Sequence record: DRR723986_2456
Direction: 5' to 3' (one strand)
DNA length: 64,000 nucleotides
Both the position numbers and the translations under genes were made by a program. Under the pieces are notes generated by a model. The model saw only the letters and a list, made by a program, of their open reading frames with translations, searched no databases and had not been told where the DNA came from. Each line of letters starts with the position of its first letter. Within the stretch, counting starts at the first letter, position 1. Positions 58,801 through 64,000 of this stretch are shown piece after piece.

Positions 58801-60669
58801 GCGCACTGACTCCAGATTAAGCTTCCTACCGCCGCCCAGATCGTGCTCCAACACGAAGTCGTGCATCCAGATATCGCTTTCACCGTCGGGGCAAATTTGA
58901 TACGGGTGCTCCACCAATACCCGCGAGCCCATTTTCTCCAACATCGGCAATATATCTGATAGCTGCAGCGATTCTTCGCGATGAAATAGCTTTAAGCGCA
59001 AGCGATTATCGTCACTGCCGGCCTGATGAAAAAGGCTGATGCTGATATCACTGCTGTCTGTAAGGCGCCGACAGAGCTCAATATCATTCACCGCCAGCAG
59101 CGGCGAAAAACGATCCCGATAAGCCGCCGAAAATGCCTGCTGGTATTGCAGGGCTAGCGAGCGACCGGTTTCCTCGCCATGACGCTCAATACACAGCTCG
59201 GTAAAGCGCTGCCGCCAGTCCCGGCACAATTCAATAATCTCAGCTTCCAGGGCTCCGCGATCAAGCTGACGAAATTGCTGATCGTGAATGCGGTAAACCA
59301 ACTGCATGCGCGCCAGCACCGATTCCGAAAGAAACTGCGTGGACAACTCACAATCGCTACTGCCAATGGCTTGCCCAAGCAGTCGTTCGATGTCCTTTTC
59401 CATCTTTACCGCTTCGCGCGGCAAGTAAACGATGCAGCTCACGAATTTTTCAAAGCGATCAACGCGCAGCACCAATTTCACTGCGCGCCGCTCGTAAATT
59501 TTCCAAATTGCCAGGAGCGCGTCGAGCAGGTCGCTTTGCTCAGCCTGAATGAGCTCGTCTCTGGGGTGGCGCTCAATGATCAGCGCGAAGGTTTTGCCAT
59601 TGTGGCTGGCGCCATCAAGCTGGGAGTGGTGTCGCAACCATTGCGCCTTGCTGCGCAGTAGCGGTATTCGCTCGACGCTGTGGTAGTACATACCAGCGGT
59701 ATACAGGCCGAGCACCCTTGTCTCACCAACCGCCTGGCCCTGCTCATTGAAACGTTTTATCACGATATAGTCGGCGTAAACGTGGCGGTGTACCGTCGAT
59801 TTTTGCGAGGTTTTCGTAAACGCCAATGCCGATCGCTGGGCGTAGAAGTCGGCAAAGCCCTGGCACAATTCAGTCAAGGCAACAGCGGGCAGCGGCGCGC
59901 GCTTACCCATTAGGCCCAACTGATTATCCGGTACCTCGGCAATGTAGGGTTGATCATTTTGGCTGGAGAGAAGAAAGTCCGACATCCCCAAAAACGTGAA
60001 ATTGCCATCACGCAGCCAACGCAGAAACACGGCCTCTTCGTTATCCTCCCCAAAGGTTCGCTCACTTTCGTCTATACAGGCCTGCAAACGCTCAAGCATC
60101 GCCGGGAAGTGCTCGACAACTCGCTCAACGTCGTCACTGGCGGTGCGCAGATCGGAGGTCAATGCGTGAAGCACACTCTGATCACTGCAGGTGTCTATCA
60201 ATACATAGCCGACACTTTCGCAACAGGCGTCACTATTGCGACTCGTCGAGAGCGCCTCCAACCTTCCCTCAGGGCTGCGTTCAACCCACATTAAGTTGCT
60301 CTCAAACACGTGCACATTTAGGTTAGAGTTATTCAGCGCGATACGCAGAGAATCAACGAGAAATGGGCGATCGGGCTGGCAGTAGTAGATTACGGTGTGC
60401 TTACTCAGCCAACCGTCGCTTTCCAGGTCCGGATTAAAGACTTTGACCAATGACTCCGATTCAGCGCGCTGGGAGACAAAGTCATACAAGCCATATAACA
60501 AACCGAAGTTAGCATCAGCTTCCCAACTCAGCTGGCTCTCGTCAGGGTGAACATGTACCACCTGATCGAGAAACTGACGAAAAACCTTCGCGTCACTCCC
60601 ATCCAGCTGTTTATCCGCAACCGTTGCGATACGCTTGAGTAATTGCTGCCTAATGTTCAGGTTAGTCAT
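55804..60669 (-). CDS. gdhB: large NAD-specific glutamate dehydrogenase
   Basis: GVHLRGGKVARGGIRWSDR, KAQQVKNAVIVP, VAADKGTA, GDAFASGGS, DFIDN..GVDCSDHEVNIKI. Confidence 0.95.
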   Translation of the reverse strand: MTNLNIRQQLLKRIATVADKQLDGSDAKVFRQFLDQVVHVHPDESQLSWEADANFGLLYGLYDFVSQRAESESLVKVFNPDLESDGWLSKHTVIYYCQPDRPFLVDSLRIALNNSNLNVHVFESNLMWVERSPEGRLEALSTSRNSDACCESVGYVLIDTCSDQSVLHALTSDLRTASDDVERVVEHFPAMLERLQACIDESERTFGEDNEEAVFLRWLRDGNFTFLGMSDFLLSSQNDQPYIAEVPDNQLGLMGKRAPLPAVALTELCQGFADFYAQRSALAFTKTSQKSTVHRHVYADYIVIKRFNEQGQAVGETRVLGLYTAGMYYHSVERIPLLRSKAQWLRHHSQLDGASHNGKTFALIIERHPRDELIQAEQSDLLDALLAIWKIYERRAVKLVLRVDRFEKFVSCIVYLPREAVKMEKDIERLLGQAIGSSDCELSTQFLSESVLARMQLVYRIHDQQFRQLDRGALEAEIIELCRDWRQRFTELCIERHGEETGRSLALQYQQAFSAAYRDRFSPLLAVNDIELCRRLTDSSDISISLFHQAGSDDNRLRLKLFHREESLQLSDILPMLEKMGSRVLVEHPYQICPDGESDIWMHDFVLEHDLGGGRKLNLESVRDSYEDALRAIWQGKAENDSFNRLVIGARLDWRSVALIRAYARYIKQLGSLLSLDFIASVLSSNVDITRDLMALFRCLFDPRRGAQKSSEERENKLRDGILHALDEVQNLNEDQVLRQYLECIDATLRCNFFQQDDALQYRDCIALKISTRDLSFAPAPRPEYEIFVFSPRVEGVHLRGGKVARGGIRWSDRLEDYRTEILGLVKAQQVKNAVIVPTGAKGGFVARRSAQLESREELFSEGVACYKLFIGSLLDITDNREGDRVVPPESVVCRDDDDPYLVVAADKGTASFSDIANDIALSRGFWLGDAFASGGSNGYDHKAMGITARGAWVAVQRHFRELGIDVQRDPVTVIGIGDMGGDVFGNGMLLSKSLKVVAAFNHLHIFIDPTPDAEASWQERKRLFERPRSSWADYSTELISTGGGVFSRSAKQVPLSPEMQQLLACDDAALTPTQLIRRLLQAKVDLIWNGGIGTYVKAAEESHADVGDRANDPLRINGSELRCRVFGEGGNLGVTQLGRLEFCRNGGICNTDFIDNAAGVDCSDHEVNIKILLNAQLESEDLTSKQRNQLLADMTDDVASLVLHNNYRQTLAISLASYSRDKHHHDYLRFVEHLEETGALNRELEFLPDNERINELHSEGKSWTRPELALLVSYAKVELKEQLMALADTDDPWLLERVYRAFPQRLRRDYASQIRDHRLAREIIATQLANELVNIMGFRYSHRQEISLGATAVETACAFVTVVELFGIEGLWRRVEALDQGVDSTVQYALFHQIMRLGRRSTRWFLRNIHHIQPSRLIEKMQPGFAALMPCVVENLRGVWAEEYRSRSARWIDAGVPEELATTIAAFDAYFMLPGCVDAALEVNCPAERFSKLQFALLETLQMDWALQVLISWQPGGRWQDLARESYVDSLESLLRQLSIGLLSDAQRSLSDILDSWQTDNQSRLSRYNTIIDSVRIAAAEDLSVFTVVLRELQDLVDASLAQLPDSSLPHATGEAGETS

Positions 60670-60699
60670 ATCAACGGTCTCACTCTGCAAAAAAGCAAA

Positions 60700-60754
60700 G
60701 CGGCCTGCCAGACACGCCGCTCAACCTGAGTCTAGCAGCTGTCTGGCAGGCCGC
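60700..60754 (-). terminator. 15-bp inverted repeat, terminator-like
   Basis: GCGGCCTGCCAGACA / TGTCTGGCAGGCCGC followed on the minus strand by TTTGCTTTTTT. Confidence 0.6.
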
Positions 60755-60797
60755 CCGCAAGGCCGCAAGCGCCGTCACACATGGCAGCAAAGGCGCA

Positions 60798-61265
60798 TTA
60801 GTATTCGCGAATAATCACCCGCGTGTTCCAGTCATTACCCTTACCATGAACCCGGTGGTTTTTGTGGGGACGGTGTCCGCCCTTGTGATAGTGCCGGTCG
60901 TAGCGGCTGCTGTGGTGACGCCAATAGTCGCGTTTGTGATGGTGTTTGCCATAGTGAGGGCGGCTGTAATCGTAAGCGCCATCATCGTAGCCATCTCGAT
61001 AGCCGGATCGATAGGCATGCTGATAACCGCGCCGGTAATTAGGGTGCTTCGCCACCCGGTGACCACAATGTGCATGGTGACGGTGCACATATCTGGCGTC
61101 GCTATCGTGCGCGGCGTAAACCACTGCGGCACCCAGCAACACTGCGGCAGCAACCTCAGCATTGTCGGCACGCGCCTGGCTTGGCAATGCCATTGTGCCG
61201 ACCAACAACACGACCACCGCCGCCAATAGATGGTTTTCTGACGACACTCTACCTGTCTTGTTCAT
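60798..61265 (-). CDS. hypothetical exported His/Tyr/Arg-rich protein
   Basis: GGAGGA RBS, signal peptide (ARA-D), short hydrophobic helix, low-complexity H/Y/R/G/D tail. Confidence 0.7.
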   Translation of the reverse strand: MNKTGRVSSENHLLAAVVVLLVGTMALPSQARADNAEVAAAVLLGAAVVYAAHDSDARYVHRHHAHCGHRVAKHPNYRRGYQHAYRSGYRDGYDDGAYDYSRPHYGKHHHKRDYWRHHSSRYDRHYHKGGHRPHKNHRVHGKGNDWNTRVIIREY

Positions 61266-61498
61266 CGCTATATCCTCCATTAGAGTTTTTAGCCTAATCA
61301 GGTTTGCCTTAACCCCAACTGAAGCACCTGACCTCCACACTTTTGTGCCTGCCGGACCAGGCCCACCCTCAGCGCCACTCGGTTCACAACACCGCCCACT
61401 TGAGCGAGGGACTACGCATTTAGCGTCGCAATTTGCGAAAAACCGATAGCGCTTCCCGCCAAAAACCCCAAACCAATGAAATAAAAGGATTTTTTAAT

Positions 61499-61514
61499 TG
61501 GTATCAATTTTGCG
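61499..61514 (+). promoter_or_regulatory. sigma54 promoter
   Basis: TGGTAT-CAATT-TTGCG upstream of the LruC-domain gene. Confidence 0.65.
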
Positions 61515-61553
61515 ATTAGTAGGACATCTGCCAACGAATAAGTGATGACCAAT

Positions 61554-63638
61554 ATGAAACGCAAAATTCTGGGCCTTGTAAGCCTGCTTTCATGCACCAC
61601 CTCGCTGACGCATTCCCTGCCCTTTGAGCGCTGCCCCGGGGAGGCCTTTCTTATTCAAGACAGGGTGGCGCAGCTGTACAGCGTCGACCTCGCCACCGGC
61701 TTCAGTAAGCCGCTGAGCAAGCCGGGTTGGACGAGTGCCAAAATGAATGCCCTCGCCTTCAATTTAAGTGACAGCTATCTCTACGCCTACAACTACGAAA
61801 CGGGCTCTATCAGCCGCCTTGGCGCTGACAACAGCGTGGCGGAACTCAATGCCAATATGCAGGGCTTAAGTTTTTTTGTCGGTGATATATCGCCCACGGA
61901 AAACGCCTACTACTTCTACCGAAGCGGTAGCGATTACGGTCTGTATCGGCTCTCGTTGGACAGTCTCAACGATGACTATCTATCGCTGCAGAAAGTTATT
62001 TCCGGCGCGGCACTGAATCTCAAGATTTACGATATGGCCTTCCACCCCAGCAACGGCATGGTCTATGCCGTAGATAACCAAGGCGCACTTTGGAAGATAG
62101 ATATTTCGAACAACACCGCTGAAAAGCTCGGCAATACCGGCGAATCAGGAACGTTTGGCGCCGCCTATTTCGACGTTGATGGCAACCTCTATATTTCCCG
62201 CAACAACGATGGCCTCATCTTCCAAATTGACGTTTCACAAAGCACGCCGAAAGCCGTTCGCTTTGCCTCTGGCCCGGCCTCCAGCAACAACGATGGCGCC
62301 CGATGTGCGCTGGCCCCTATCGTTACCAGCGGCATCGCCATTGCGGATTTCGGCAGCGCTCCGGACAGCTACGCTAGCTCGCTGCAAAACAACGGTGCCC
62401 GCCATGCCAAGGGCAACGGCGAGCTATATCTGGGCGCGAGCATCAGCTACGAAGCCGACGCCAAGCTGTCCGAGCTAGGCAACGCGACAACCGAGAATGA
62501 TGGCGTTGCCTTTCTTAATACGCCTCTGCGTGGGAAAAGCGCATTAGTGTCAGTTGAAAGCAGCGGCGCAGGTTTGCTCAGTGCCTGGGCGGATTGGAAT
62601 GGCGACGGCAATTTCAGCGACGACGAACAGTGGTTGGTGGACCATCCAGTCGCGGCCGGAACGGCAATGCTCTCCTATACCGCCCCCACCGATGCAGCGA
62701 TCGGTGAAAGCTGGATGCGCTTTCGCTTGAGTACCACACCCGGGCTGACCAGTCAGGGTGGTGCACCCGACGGCGAGGTGGAAGATTACGCCATTGAGAT
62801 TGCTGAACAGCCCGCCACCACCATTTTTTACCCCGGTGAAAATGACCGCGCGACACTGGCCTTTGAGGATAATTGGCCGCTGATGGGCGACTACGATATG
62901 AATGATGTAGTCATTCAATACCGCTTAGCCAAACGCCAACTCGGCGACTCGCTGACCCATATCGAGATAGAAGGGGAAGTGGTCGCCCATGGCGCGAGTT
63001 ACCACAATGGCTTTGCTTTCCGCCTTCCCGGACTTAACCGCGACGATGTTATCGAAGCGTTGAGCCACCTATCGATCAACGGCCTTCCACAAGCCAGCGT
63101 CATGGAGCCAGATCAAGATGACGCCATCGTGATCATCGCAGAGGATCTTCACCAATACACCACCCCGGGGGAAAACTGCCGCTACTACCGCACCGAGCCC
63201 GGCTGCGGTTCGAACATACAAATGCGTTTTAGTGCCACGATCACACTGCAAACAGGCGTGCCATCAGAGCGCCTTGGCGACTTCCCCTTCGACCCATTTC
63301 TTTTCGCCACGCCAGGCTACACAAGAAACTATCTGTTTGGAGAAGCACCGGGACGCCGCTTCGAAATTCATCTCAGAGGGATGGCCCCAACAAGCGCCTT
63401 TCAACAGAATTTTCTTGGCAGAGGTGACGACGCCAGCAATACCAACGTGTACTACGTCAACCAAAACAACATGCCCTGGGCAATGAACATACCGGCAAAA
63501 TGGGATTACCCCTCAGAGTACATGGACATTCACTACGCCTACCCCAAATTCCACGACCACATACGCTCGTCGGGAAAAGAACACCTGGACTGGTACAACC
63601 GTGAAAACGCCAACACCAAAAACATTTTCAACCGCTAA
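61554..63638 (+). CDS. exported LruC/DUF4842-domain protein with beta-propeller-like N-terminus and GEVED domain
   Basis: Signal peptide, NNDGARC, WADWNGDGNF, DGEVEDY, LAFEDNWP..GDYDMNDVV, PWAMNIP; start 61542-61554. Confidence 0.85.
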   Translation: MKRKILGLVSLLSCTTSLTHSLPFERCPGEAFLIQDRVAQLYSVDLATGFSKPLSKPGWTSAKMNALAFNLSDSYLYAYNYETGSISRLGADNSVAELNANMQGLSFFVGDISPTENAYYFYRSGSDYGLYRLSLDSLNDDYLSLQKVISGAALNLKIYDMAFHPSNGMVYAVDNQGALWKIDISNNTAEKLGNTGESGTFGAAYFDVDGNLYISRNNDGLIFQIDVSQSTPKAVRFASGPASSNNDGARCALAPIVTSGIAIADFGSAPDSYASSLQNNGARHAKGNGELYLGASISYEADAKLSELGNATTENDGVAFLNTPLRGKSALVSVESSGAGLLSAWADWNGDGNFSDDEQWLVDHPVAAGTAMLSYTAPTDAAIGESWMRFRLSTTPGLTSQGGAPDGEVEDYAIEIAEQPATTIFYPGENDRATLAFEDNWPLMGDYDMNDVVIQYRLAKRQLGDSLTHIEIEGEVVAHGASYHNGFAFRLPGLNRDDVIEALSHLSINGLPQASVMEPDQDDAIVIIAEDLHQYTTPGENCRYYRTEPGCGSNIQMRFSATITLQTGVPSERLGDFPFDPFLFATPGYTRNYLFGEAPGRRFEIHLRGMAPTSAFQQNFLGRGDDASNTNVYYVNQNNMPWAMNIPAKWDYPSEYMDIHYAYPKFHDHIRSSGKEHLDWYNRENANTKNIFNR

Positions 63639-63665
63639 ACACGGCGACACACCGAGGTCATTATT

Positions 63666-64000
63666 ATGAGCAGCCACTCACTTATCGCACCACTCTGCCT
63701 TAGCCTTGCCATTACCGCCTGTGGTGGTGGAGGTGGTGGCGGCGGCGGTGGAAACAATACGGCAAGTACTGCCGACAGCGACAGCGCAAACATCACCCCA
63801 GCGCCCGTTCAGCAGCCCGTCGCTGTCGACGAACCGCAGCCGCCCGCGGAAACCACCGCCGATTTACAAGTGCCCGAGGGCTTTGATCTTCGCCAAGACT
63901 ACACACTGACCGTCACCAGTTACATTGGCGACAGCGGTGGCAATGAATTCCTGACTATTTGCCGCAACTACAGCGAAAATGCCGACGGCTTCGACGTCGA
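63666..64000 (+). CDS. lipoprotein, partial (runs off window)
   Basis: GAGG RBS; MSSHSLIAPLCLSLAITAC lipobox then ten Gly; frame stays open to the window end. Confidence 0.75.
   Translation, partial: MSSHSLIAPLCLSLAITACGGGGGGGGGGNNTASTADSDSANITPAPVQQPVAVDEPQPPAETTADLQVPEGFDLRQDYTLTVTSYIGDSGGNEFLTICRNYSENADGFDV

Noticed and set aside
63723-63752. Gly tract as a phase-variable microsatellite
   Set aside because: Mixed GGT/GGA/GGC codons in triplets; a protein linker, and slippage would not shift the frame

Overview
Chromosomal window from a moderately GC-rich gammaproteobacterium. The gene content suggests a marine heterotroph, possibly Cellvibrionales/Spongiibacteraceae, but that is inference only. 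Bases 1-2080 are an AT-richer distal end of an integron cassette array with three attC sites; no integrase lies in the window. One cassette carries an orphan membrane protein. The other carries a three-gene TIR(ThsB-like)-SLATT(DUF4231)-TIR(ThsB-like) operon, a candidate anti-phage signalling system and the most interesting element here. Other notable loci: (i) a cobalamin-riboswitch-led operon with an exported CobN-like (BtuS/HmuS-like) chelatase, ExbB/ExbD-like partners, a Fur-boxed TonB receptor and a thioredoxin; (ii) a run of regulator/oxidoreductase pairs (Rieske oxygenase, PhyH, P450, molybdoenzyme) and a Pho-boxed PhoX; (iii) a sigma54 operon with Fe-ADH, permease, activator, SSADH, exported cyclase-family hydrolase and porin; (iv) a four-gene Zorya type III-like locus; (v) a CalB-like lipoprotein lipase, malic enzyme, large NAD-glutamate dehydrogenase and an LruC-domain protein. 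I saw no rRNA, tRNA, CRISPR array or transposase. All family calls come from reading motifs by eye; no database searches were run.
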